In this document: positions 56,470-64,000 of the stretch, piece after piece
How positions within the stretch are numbered: position 1 is the stretch's first letter
How the letters are laid out: every line of letters begins with the position of its first letter
From: Candidatus Fraserbacteria bacterium
Lineage (GTDB): Bacteria; Bipolaricaulota; Bipolaricaulia; RBG-16-55-9; DRXL01
Length of the DNA: 64,000 bases
Assembly: GCA_947085185.1 (NCBI GenBank)
Contig: CAMTVK010000003.1
Coordinates: 64,001 to 128,000 of the forward strand
Direction of reading: 5' to 3'
Made by a program: the position numbers and the translations under genes
Notes under the pieces: generated by a model
What the model was told of the DNA's origin: nothing
Seen by the model: the letters and a program-made list of their open reading frames with translations, nothing else
Database searches by the model: none

Positions 56470-57890
56470 GATGCCTCCGTGAGAACCTTGCGTTTGCCTT
56501 CGCGAATCTGTTCTAAGAGCGGGATCTTGCTGGGGCAGACATAGGCACACAACCCGCACTCAATGCACGCAAAGAGATCAATGCTTTGCGCTTCGCTCAC
56601 CATACCGTGGGCAGAGTATTCCCCAAGCAGCGCCGGCACTAAATTCTGCGGGCAGACGTCCACGCAATAACCGCACTTGACGCAGGGCCTGGGGTTTCCG
56701 TTCAAGCTGGTCGTGGCGCGCTTGTACTTGACCCACGGCAGACTCAGATACACCCCCGTGAACGAGTCGCGATCGAAGCCCGGCCCAACGACGGGAAAGA
56801 GCTCATGCTCTGGTTCTTTGAGGGCGATCACAGCGGGGATCTCTCTGGTGATGGGGCTATCGAGATCCCCCTGGGCTTGTCCACGCATGACGCTTCCCGC
56901 GATGATGCGCCCGTTGCCCTTCAAGTTCTTCTCTAAAAGATTCCCGATGGGGGTGCCTACCCGAACCCGATAGTTCCCAGGCTCTTTTACAGCTGAGCCC
57001 GCTACGGAGACGACGCGCTCGACGAAGGGCTTGCCCTCTACGACCGCTTCATAAGCTGCCACACACTGCTGGACATCACACACGACGCACCCGACGTCAG
57101 TGGCGTAGCCTCGCTGCGGGAGCAGGAGCCCCAAGAGCGTGCGCACAAGCACCGCGTCGTCGCCCTGAGGGTATTTGGGACGCAATTGATGGATCGTGCA
57201 CCAGTCATAGTATTCGAGGCGCTCGATGAGCTCTTCGTAGATTCTCGGCTTGTTATATCCCAAGCCAATGTGCACTTGGACGTTCCCGAGCGCTTGGCGC
57301 AGGATCTTGATGCCGTTGACAAATTTGTCGAACTCTTCGTAGAGCAACTGATCGGGTGCTTCGCAGAACGGCTCGGTCTCAACGGCGTTGATTAGTAAAT
57401 AGCGAATCTTCTCTGGAGTGGCTGGGGAGGAGTGATAGATCGTGGGGAAGCCCGCTTGGCCTCCCGAAGTGACCCCGGCTTCGTAGAGGATTTTTCCCAG
57501 TTCTTCTGGGGGCAGTTTTTCGTAGTTGGCCGGGCGATCAAGCAAGAGCCAATCGTCTTTGCCGTCGGACTCGATCTCGACGCAGAGGGCCTCGCCACCT
57601 AACGGATGCGGGCGCTTCTCTATCTTCACGACCCTTCCGGAGATGCTTGCGTGGACAGGGGTCGAGGGTCTGTTGGGGTCGGGCTCGTTGCGCCCGATGA
57701 CCTGCCCCGTCTTGACGCGGTCGCCCTCTTTGACAGTCGGCACGACTTCGGCAGAAAAGCCCTGACGCAAGGGAATCAGAACTCTCGGGGGCAGCGGCGC
57801 GGATGCGAGCCGCTTGCCGCGCGGCGTCCCCTCAAAGAGCCCAAAGTAATGGCCACCCTTGAACGTCTTGAGCGCTCCTAAGACAGCCAT
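56466..57890 (-). CDS. rnfC: Rnf complex subunit C
   Basis: PVHASISG, AGFPT, YPQG, two CxxCxxCxxxCP motifs. Confidence 0.9.
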   Translation of the reverse strand: MAVLGALKTFKGGHYFGLFEGTPRGKRLASAPLPPRVLIPLRQGFSAEVVPTVKEGDRVKTGQVIGRNEPDPNRPSTPVHASISGRVVKIEKRPHPLGGEALCVEIESDGKDDWLLLDRPANYEKLPPEELGKILYEAGVTSGGQAGFPTIYHSSPATPEKIRYLLINAVETEPFCEAPDQLLYEEFDKFVNGIKILRQALGNVQVHIGLGYNKPRIYEELIERLEYYDWCTIHQLRPKYPQGDDAVLVRTLLGLLLPQRGYATDVGCVVCDVQQCVAAYEAVVEGKPFVERVVSVAGSAVKEPGNYRVRVGTPIGNLLEKNLKGNGRIIAGSVMRGQAQGDLDSPITREIPAVIALKEPEHELFPVVGPGFDRDSFTGVYLSLPWVKYKRATTSLNGNPRPCVKCGYCVDVCPQNLVPALLGEYSAHGMVSEAQSIDLFACIECGLCAYVCPSKIPLLEQIREGKRKVLTEAS

Positions 57891-58649
57891 TTAGCGTCGC
57901 TTCCTTTCTTCGGTCCACCAGGGTTTGCTGTACTCGTCCTTGCGAATTCTCCAAAAGTGCAGCGCCACGAGAAAGATCAACGCCATCGGCAGCACAAAGA
58001 TGTGAATGACGTACCACCGCAAGAGCGAGGGCTGCCACAGGTCCGTGCCCCCCAAGAGTATCTGTTTCACATACGGCCCGATGATTGGTGTGCCGTCCGC
58101 GATATTGCTGGCGATCTTCGCTGCATAATAGCCCAACTGGTCCCAGGGCAGAATATACCCACTGAATGCAGAGAGCACCGTGATGACGAAGAGCAAGACC
58201 CCGATGACCCAGTTGAATTCTCTGGGCTTTTGATAGGATCCGGTGAAGAAGACCCTCAGCATATGGAAGAACACGGCGAAGACCATCAGCTCGGCGGCCC
58301 ATTTGTGCATATTGCGCATGAATCTTCCCAAGGGCACAGCGTTGACCAGCTCGCGGATAGAATCATAGGCACGCTCAACTGAGGGCACATAATAGAACAT
58401 TAAAAAGACCCCGGTGATCAAGAGAATCACAAAGAGCCAGGTTGCGATCACGCCCATCCACATCCAATTGTAGCTGAGTCGGGCCGATTCTTTATGGATC
58501 TTCGCGGGCAGGATATGCACGAAGAAGTTGCGCCTATTGAGAGCGAGCCGGTCGGCTTCAGTCTGGGGCAGCCCCTCGCGGCGGAAGATGGAGAGCCACA
58601 CGCGCGAGCGCCGTATACCCTGGCCCAGCAGAAGGAGTCTGTCCATCAT
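57891..58649 (-). CDS. Cytochrome b6-like (short, 4-TM) subunit
   Basis: RNMHKWAA, FHMLRVF, REFNW, GYILPWDQ, IHIF...LHF. Confidence 0.92.
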   Translation of the reverse strand: MMDRLLLLGQGIRRSRVWLSIFRREGLPQTEADRLALNRRNFFVHILPAKIHKESARLSYNWMWMGVIATWLFVILLITGVFLMFYYVPSVERAYDSIRELVNAVPLGRFMRNMHKWAAELMVFAVFFHMLRVFFTGSYQKPREFNWVIGVLLFVITVLSAFSGYILPWDQLGYYAAKIASNIADGTPIIGPYVKQILLGGTDLWQPSLLRWYVIHIFVLPMALIFLVALHFWRIRKDEYSKPWWTEERKRR

Positions 58650-59197
58650 GAGAACTTGATGTCACTCCCGTCGGGGATGGGGCCTTCGATAGATCGGCCG
58701 TCGGCCGTGAGATACTGAGTACTTGGGACGACTTTGGCCTTATCGACTTGGAGACGGCCGTCGGGGGTGAGGGTGAGCTCATAGAAGGGCAGGGGTCGAG
58801 GCGCTGGGCCGCCCAGGACTCGCCCGTCGCGGGCAAAGACGCTCCCATGACAGGGGCAGAGCGCGTGCACCACGGGATACTCTTGACTTGGCGGCCCAAA
58901 GGGCTTATAGCTGCACCCCAGATGGGTGCAGACCATAGAGAGGGCCTGAAATCCCAAGGGCGTTCGGAAGATGAAGACCTGCTTCGCTTCGAGAGGGCGC
59001 ATCTCTCCGACCTGATAGTCACTGGGGCGCCCTACGGTGAACGTCGTGGTGGGCTCATAGGTCAGGTGCGGCTTCAGATAATACGGGACGCTCTGGGCCA
59101 CACCACCCAAAGCCAACGCGAGCGATCCCCATCCCAGCCACCCGAGAAAGCGTCGCCGCGTCAGCGGGCTCACTCTTGGGTCTCTGTCCGCCTCCAT
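58646..59197 (-). CDS. Rieske iron-sulfur protein (Tat)
   Basis: TRRRFL, CTHLGC, CPCHGS, GPAPRPL. Confidence 0.95.
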   Translation of the reverse strand: MEADRDPRVSPLTRRRFLGWLGWGSLALALGGVAQSVPYYLKPHLTYEPTTTFTVGRPSDYQVGEMRPLEAKQVFIFRTPLGFQALSMVCTHLGCSYKPFGPPSQEYPVVHALCPCHGSVFARDGRVLGGPAPRPLPFYELTLTPDGRLQVDKAKVVPSTQYLTADGRSIEGPIPDGSDIKFS

Positions 59198-59371
59198 TCA
59201 GGAACCTGCTCCTTCGTTTATGGGGTGATTATATTACAGCCCCTTTGCGCTGTCAAACTTCTCTGATCTTCTACTCTATTGAGGGGATCTTTTGCCATGA
59301 TCTGCGTCATCCCTGAGGATGACGTCGGTCATGTGATGGCCCTCGCTCTTTTTGTTATGATTATTATATCA

Positions 59372-59962
59372 ATGTTTACTGGGATTGTCACGGACACCGG
59401 CGAGGTGCTCACGGCGCACGCGACGCGGCTTGTCATCGCTACCCCTAAGCTCTTTGGAGCATTAGAAATCGGGCGGAGCGTCGCGGTCAATGGAGCGTGC
59501 CTGACGGTCATCGAGCTCACTCCTGCCGCGGAGAGCTTCGCGGCAGAGCTGAGCCCAGAGACCATCCGGCGCACGAACTTGGGAGCCCTGCGCCGCGGCG
59601 ATCTCGTCAATTTGGAGCTGCCCTTACGATTTTCTGATCGTCTCGATGGGCACTTCGTGCTGGGGCACGTGGACACCGTTGGGGAGGTCGTCTCGATCTC
59701 TCGCACAGAGAAGGGCGCGGTCTTCCGGTTTCGCGTCGATAAGAGCTACTCACACTATCTGGTCGAGAAGGGCTCGATTGCCATAGATGGGATCAGCTTG
59801 ACGATCTTCAATATCTCTGATGGGGAGTTTGACGTGGCGATCATCCCTCATACGCTCGAGCACACGAACTTACGGGTGCGTTGCCCTGGGGATAGAGTGA
59901 ATGTCGAGTTCGACATTTTGGGAAAGTATATAGAAAGACTCTGCAAGGGAGGCTGCTTGTGA
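59372..59962 (+). CDS. ribE: Riboflavin synthase
   Basis: [37 protein letters not shown]. Confidence 0.95.
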   Translation: MFTGIVTDTGEVLTAHATRLVIATPKLFGALEIGRSVAVNGACLTVIELTPAAESFAAELSPETIRRTNLGALRRGDLVNLELPLRFSDRLDGHFVLGHVDTVGEVVSISRTEKGAVFRFRVDKSYSHYLVEKGSIAIDGISLTIFNISDGEFDVAIIPHTLEHTNLRVRCPGDRVNVEFDILGKYIERLCKGGCL

Positions 59963-61188
59963 TGGGGTTTGCCAAGATCAAAGAGGCGCTGGAAGCGCTC
60001 AAGCGTGGTGAGATGATCGTCGTCGTAGACGACGAAGACCGCGAGAACGAAGGCGACGTCGTATTGGCAGCCCAGTTTGTCACCCCGGAGAAGATCAATT
60101 TTATGGCGAAGGAGGCCCGGGGGATCATCTGTGTGCCCATGACGGGGGAGCGGCTCGATGAGCTTGGGATCAAGCTCATGGTGCAGACGGATTCTGGGGG
60201 AAAGGGATGCGCGTTCACGGTCTCAGTAGACGCTCGCGAGGGGATCAGCACCGGGACGTCTGCGTACGATCGCGCCCATACTATTAGAACGCTGATCGCT
60301 CCCAAGACCAAGCCTTCAGATTTAGTCCAGCCGGGGCATGTCTTTCCGTTGCGTGCTCGGCCCGGCGGCGTCTTGCAGCGGGCTGGCCACACCGAAGCCA
60401 GCGTCGATCTCTGTAAATTAGCGGGGCTCTACCCTGCTGCGGTCATCTGCGAGGTGATGAACGAGGACGGCACGATGGCCCGGCTGCCCCAGCTGGAAAG
60501 ATTCGCACAGAAGCATAATTTGCTCATTATAAGCATTGCCGATCTCATTCGCTATCGCTACGAACGCGAGCGCTTGGTCGAGAAGATCGCCTGGGCCGAT
60601 CTTCCTACGGAGTTTGGGGAGTTTACGATCCATGCCTATCGCAGTCTCGTTGATGGAAAGGAGCACATCGCGCTGGTCAAGGGCGAGGTCACCGGAAGAG
60701 AGAACGTCTTAGTGCGGGTGCACTCAGAATGTCTGACAGGAGATGTCTTTGGCTCGCTCAAGTGCGACTGTGGGGAGCAGCTCCGGCAAGCCCTGCGCCA
60801 GATCGCCCATGAGGGTATGGGGGTCTTGCTCTATTTACGCCAAGAGGGACGCGGCATCGGCCTAGGAAACAAGATCAAAGCGTATCATCTCCAAGATAGA
60901 GGGCTGGACACGGTGGAGGCGAACCGGCAGCTCGGCTTTAAAGAAGATCTCCGCGAGTACGGCATCGGGGTACAGATTCTGAAAGATTTGGGGCTGAGCA
61001 CCATTCGAATTCTCACCAATAACCCCAAGAAGCTCGTGGGCATCGAGGCCTACGGCATCAAGATCGTGGAGCAACTGCCCCTTTTAGTCGCGCCCAACCC
61101 CCATAATTATAACTATCTGAGGACGAAGAAAGAGAAACTAGGCCACCAGCTCGATGCGATCTTCGCGAACTTCAGCAATGAGCCTTAA
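59959..61188 (+). CDS. ribBA: DHBP synthase / GTP cyclohydrolase II
   Basis: [39 protein letters not shown]. Confidence 0.97.
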   Translation: MMGFAKIKEALEALKRGEMIVVVDDEDRENEGDVVLAAQFVTPEKINFMAKEARGIICVPMTGERLDELGIKLMVQTDSGGKGCAFTVSVDAREGISTGTSAYDRAHTIRTLIAPKTKPSDLVQPGHVFPLRARPGGVLQRAGHTEASVDLCKLAGLYPAAVICEVMNEDGTMARLPQLERFAQKHNLLIISIADLIRYRYERERLVEKIAWADLPTEFGEFTIHAYRSLVDGKEHIALVKGEVTGRENVLVRVHSECLTGDVFGSLKCDCGEQLRQALRQIAHEGMGVLLYLRQEGRGIGLGNKIKAYHLQDRGLDTVEANRQLGFKEDLREYGIGVQILKDLGLSTIRILTNNPKKLVGIEAYGIKIVEQLPLLVAPNPHNYNYLRTKKEKLGHQLDAIFANFSNEP

Positions 61189-61588
61189 GATCGCGATCGT
61201 TGTCAGTCAATTTCACAGAGAGATCACCCAAGAGATGCTCAAGGGCGCTCAAGAGCACCTGCGAGGCGTCGCCGAGACCGAAGTCTTCTGGGTGCCGGGG
61301 GCGTTCGAGATTCCAGGGACCGTCAAGGGGTTGGCGCAGTCGGGGCGCTATGACGGCATCTTGCCCTTAGGGTGTGTGATCAAGGGCGAGACTGCCCATT
61401 TTGAGCATATTGCCCGCGCCGTGACTGATGCGCTCATGCGCTTGACTGTGGAATGCGATACCCCAATAGTCTTTGGGGTGCTGACCCCCTACACCGAAGA
61501 GCAAGCGTGGGCACGCGTCTATAAGGGGGCTGAAGCAGCCAAGAGCCTGCTGGAGCTTATCACTCTGCGTCGGCGGCTCTCTTATTAA
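61178..61588 (+). CDS. ribH: Lumazine synthase
   Basis: [24 protein letters not shown]. Confidence 0.95.
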   Translation: MSLKIAIVVSQFHREITQEMLKGAQEHLRGVAETEVFWVPGAFEIPGTVKGLAQSGRYDGILPLGCVIKGETAHFEHIARAVTDALMRLTVECDTPIVFGVLTPYTEEQAWARVYKGAEAAKSLLELITLRRRLSY

Positions 61589-62534
61589 GAGCCCGTGTGT
61601 GTCGCCCATCGGCGAAGACTTTCAGGGATCCCCACTGAAGGGTGGTCGCATGGGGGGCGGGCGTCCAGATCGAGATCGTCTCGCTAGAGAGCCCTTGCAC
61701 AATCCCCAAGCCCACGAGATCGCCGTTCGCGCAACAGCCGACCAGCGAATTCTGGAGCTCTCCCCACAGCTTGATCGCGAGGGACTCGACCCCAAGAGCC
61801 CGCTGGGCTTCTAGAGGTGAGAAGGGCCAGCGCTCGACGACGAGCGTCGCTCTTGTGGGCAAGCGCCATGCAGCCACCACCGGACAGGCCAAGAGATTCG
61901 AGAGCAACGTCACATCCAAGGGCTCGCCGTGCCCCACAAGCGAGCGCTCCACCCCAAGCTCAGCAAAACGCCAGCACCGCAGAGTAGCGCCGTGAAAGTG
62001 CTGGCGGAATGCGTCTTCACGCGCGCGGATGCGCTCCTCGCGCCCCTTGGCACTCCCGTGTGCCACGGGAATCTCAATCACGGTGATGCCCGCGCGAGCA
62101 TAGAGCTTATAGTAAGCGAGCTCTCCGGAGCGCTGCAGCAGCACGAGCACGTCGGGCTGGACCAGATGGATCAGCTCGCTCTTGTAGGCGCGCGCCGCTT
62201 CGCCGTAAATATAGCCGTCGGTGTCGATGAGCACGGGGCGGCAAGCCCCACGAAGACACTGAGCCACCCCGGTGAGCACCTGTAAGAAATTCCCCCGCGG
62301 CGAGATGTCCCCCACAAAATAACTTGAGAGTATCTCATGGTGATCGTCCCGGACGCGCCCACGCGAGATGCACGCCGGCGGGCCCAGCCAACTTTGGCCC
62401 ACATCCGCGTCGATGACCTCCCCGCCCAGGCGCCGATGGATCTCGCGGATGAGCGTGGTCTTGCCCACGTCGGTCGCGCCCAGAACAAGTGCGATCGAGC
62501 GCGGGCTTAGGCGCTCAAAGAGTCTCTCAAGCAC
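61560..62534 (-). CDS. Clp1/Grc3-like polynucleotide 5'-kinase
   Basis: GATDVGKTT, DADVGQ..LGPP, FVGDISP, IDTDG; start inferred. Confidence 0.8.
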   Translation of the reverse strand: MLERLFERLSPRSIALVLGATDVGKTTLIREIHRRLGGEVIDADVGQSWLGPPACISRGRVRDDHHEILSSYFVGDISPRGNFLQVLTGVAQCLRGACRPVLIDTDGYIYGEAARAYKSELIHLVQPDVLVLLQRSGELAYYKLYARAGITVIEIPVAHGSAKGREERIRAREDAFRQHFHGATLRCWRFAELGVERSLVGHGEPLDVTLLSNLLACPVVAAWRLPTRATLVVERWPFSPLEAQRALGVESLAIKLWGELQNSLVGCCANGDLVGLGIVQGLSSETISIWTPAPHATTLQWGSLKVFADGRHTRALNKRAADAE

Positions 62535-62536
62535 TG

Positions 62537-63877
62537 TTACTTGCCCGCGACACTGACGCCGTCTACGGCGATCGCCGGGGTGTGCAGGATGCCGTAGACC
62601 CACTCTGGGCTATCACTGAGGGCGATCAGTCTGTCCCTGAGAAGATCGTAGACATTCCCGGCGATCATAGTGTTTTTGACGCGCCCGACGATCTCGCCCT
62701 TGTGCGCGAGAAACCCCACCGAGACCGTGTTAGAGAATTCGCCAGTCAAGGGATTTCCTGCTCCCAGCCTCATGACATCCTCGACGATGAGCGCTTCGTC
62801 GAGGTCGTGGAGGATCTCAGTGAGAGCTTGGTCTCCGGGAGGGATGATCGCGCTGGTGGGGGCGATCCCTGGAGGGCGACGGAACCCACCGCCCATAAAG
62901 CCCGATTTGAAGCCGTTGCCGGTGGGCTGAGCGTGGGCTTGGGCGGCCGTCTTCAGATCATAGAGAAACTGTTTGACAACGCCTTGCTCAATCAAGAATT
63001 TCCGAGTCGTGGGCACGCCCTCGTCGTCGTAGGGGGCAGATCTTGGTGCGAAGTCGAGCGTCCCGTCGTCTATCAGTGAGAAGCGTGCATCACAAATCTT
63101 TTGCTGAAGCTTCTCACGCAGCGGCGAGACGCCCAGATAGACATGGCGTCCGTCCAGCCCCACCATAAATGGGATCATCAACACTAAAACCCCCGGCCCA
63201 CGAAGGATCACTGGCATTGCTTTGGTCTGAACAGAAACGATCTTCTCGGCCAAGCGCATGCGCTCGATGAGACGGTCGGCCAGAGCTAAGCCATCGATCT
63301 CTTGGGCGCGTCGCCAGGAGGCTGTCTCAAAGAGTGTGAAGATATCCCCCTCTTGGGCTTTCGTGACCGACGCGCCCACGCTCAAGAGCGTACCATGATG
63401 AGAAAACTCAAGACCACTGGTGTTGCACAATTTGATCTCCTCGACTTCCTTGGTGGCCCACACCTCAATCTGCAGGGTCGCATCGTAGCTCTTGATCTTT
63501 TCCACAATTTGCTCCCCTAAGGAGATCAAGCGCTGCTCGTCCACCTGCTTGACGGCCGGATCGAAGCATTGGACGGAAGACGCAGGGTGCTTGGCGGGAA
63601 AGCGAAAAGGCGCAGGATCTCCGTATTGGGCAGACTCAAGCGCATTCTGGACAAGATACCTCTCGTCTCCCAAGTCTGTGGTCGTAGAGAACCCCAGGCG
63701 CCCATCTTTGATGAGGCGCAGGGCTCGACCTGCAGTCTCGACGACCTTGACGGACTCTAACGCTCCGGCGCGGAACTGCACAGGGAGCTCCCAGGTGTGC
63801 AGTTCATAGATCTCGGCTCCATCTGTCTGTTTGGCGATCCTCTCCAAGAGGTCTTCGGCGCGGATTTGGTTCGTCAT
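62537..63877 (-). CDS. TldE/PmbA family protein
   Basis: GRLGFS, PYDDEGVP, PTGNG, GEFS, MIAGN. Confidence 0.9.
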   Translation of the reverse strand: MTNQIRAEDLLERIAKQTDGAEIYELHTWELPVQFRAGALESVKVVETAGRALRLIKDGRLGFSTTTDLGDERYLVQNALESAQYGDPAPFRFPAKHPASSVQCFDPAVKQVDEQRLISLGEQIVEKIKSYDATLQIEVWATKEVEEIKLCNTSGLEFSHHGTLLSVGASVTKAQEGDIFTLFETASWRRAQEIDGLALADRLIERMRLAEKIVSVQTKAMPVILRGPGVLVLMIPFMVGLDGRHVYLGVSPLREKLQQKICDARFSLIDDGTLDFAPRSAPYDDEGVPTTRKFLIEQGVVKQFLYDLKTAAQAHAQPTGNGFKSGFMGGGFRRPPGIAPTSAIIPPGDQALTEILHDLDEALIVEDVMRLGAGNPLTGEFSNTVSVGFLAHKGEIVGRVKNTMIAGNVYDLLRDRLIALSDSPEWVYGILHTPAIAVDGVSVAGK

Positions 63878-64000
63878 GCGCTCTTCCCTCCTATGGTGAC
63901 GTGGCGCACGCGGATGTGCGGCCCACCTGTAGTGACCGGCAAGGGGAACTGCCCATCTTTGCCACAGCCCCCTGAAGTGCCCTTGATGACGAGATCGTTC
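63874..64000 (-). CDS. tldD: TldD family protein, C-terminal part (continues beyond the window)
   Basis: GGCGKDGQFPLPVTTGGPHIRVRHVTIGG. Confidence 0.85.
   Translation of the reverse strand, partial: NDLVIKGTSGGCGKDGQFPLPVTTGGPHIRVRHVTIGGKSA

Noticed and set aside
59198..59371. FMN riboswitch upstream of the rib operon
   Set aside because: RFN consensus motifs are absent

Overview
Thermophile-like bacterial chromosome segment; gene content suggests Bipolaricaulota/Acetothermia, which is inference only. Housekeeping genes include clpP, tig, panBE, tsaE, mutL, gatA, pgk, glmS, ftsH, dxr, ribE/ribBA/ribH, tldD/E, tRNA-Leu(CAG) and tRNA-Gly(CCC). These are mixed with many secreted/envelope proteins, several toxin-antitoxin-like cassettes and archaeal-type genes (PINA ATPase, Clp1 kinase). 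Five items stand out. (1) One minus-strand gene cluster (51583-59197) has rnfCDGEA nested inside a split Rieske/cytochrome b6/subunit IV set, with a non-canonical RnfB and a [2Fe-2S]-subunit IV fusion. Fe-S maturation genes, riboflavin genes and a tetraheme cytochrome c flank it, making it a candidate Rieske/cytb-Rnf hybrid complex. (2) An unexplained ~400-nt highly structured non-coding segment at 13481-13886 lies next to an RNase H-like YkuK gene. (3) A 2.2-kb phage/plasmid-like element (41185-43413) has five iteron-like repeats and a predicted 64-nt antisense RNA complementary to two of the element's ribosome-binding sites. (4) Three outer-membrane-like paralogs in tandem share identical DNA blocks around hypervariable loops. 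(5) A dispersed GAATCACGGA repeat family and a duplicated 46-bp promoter bracket a DUF5678/aspartyl-protease cassette. All calls come from motif reading only; no searches were run.
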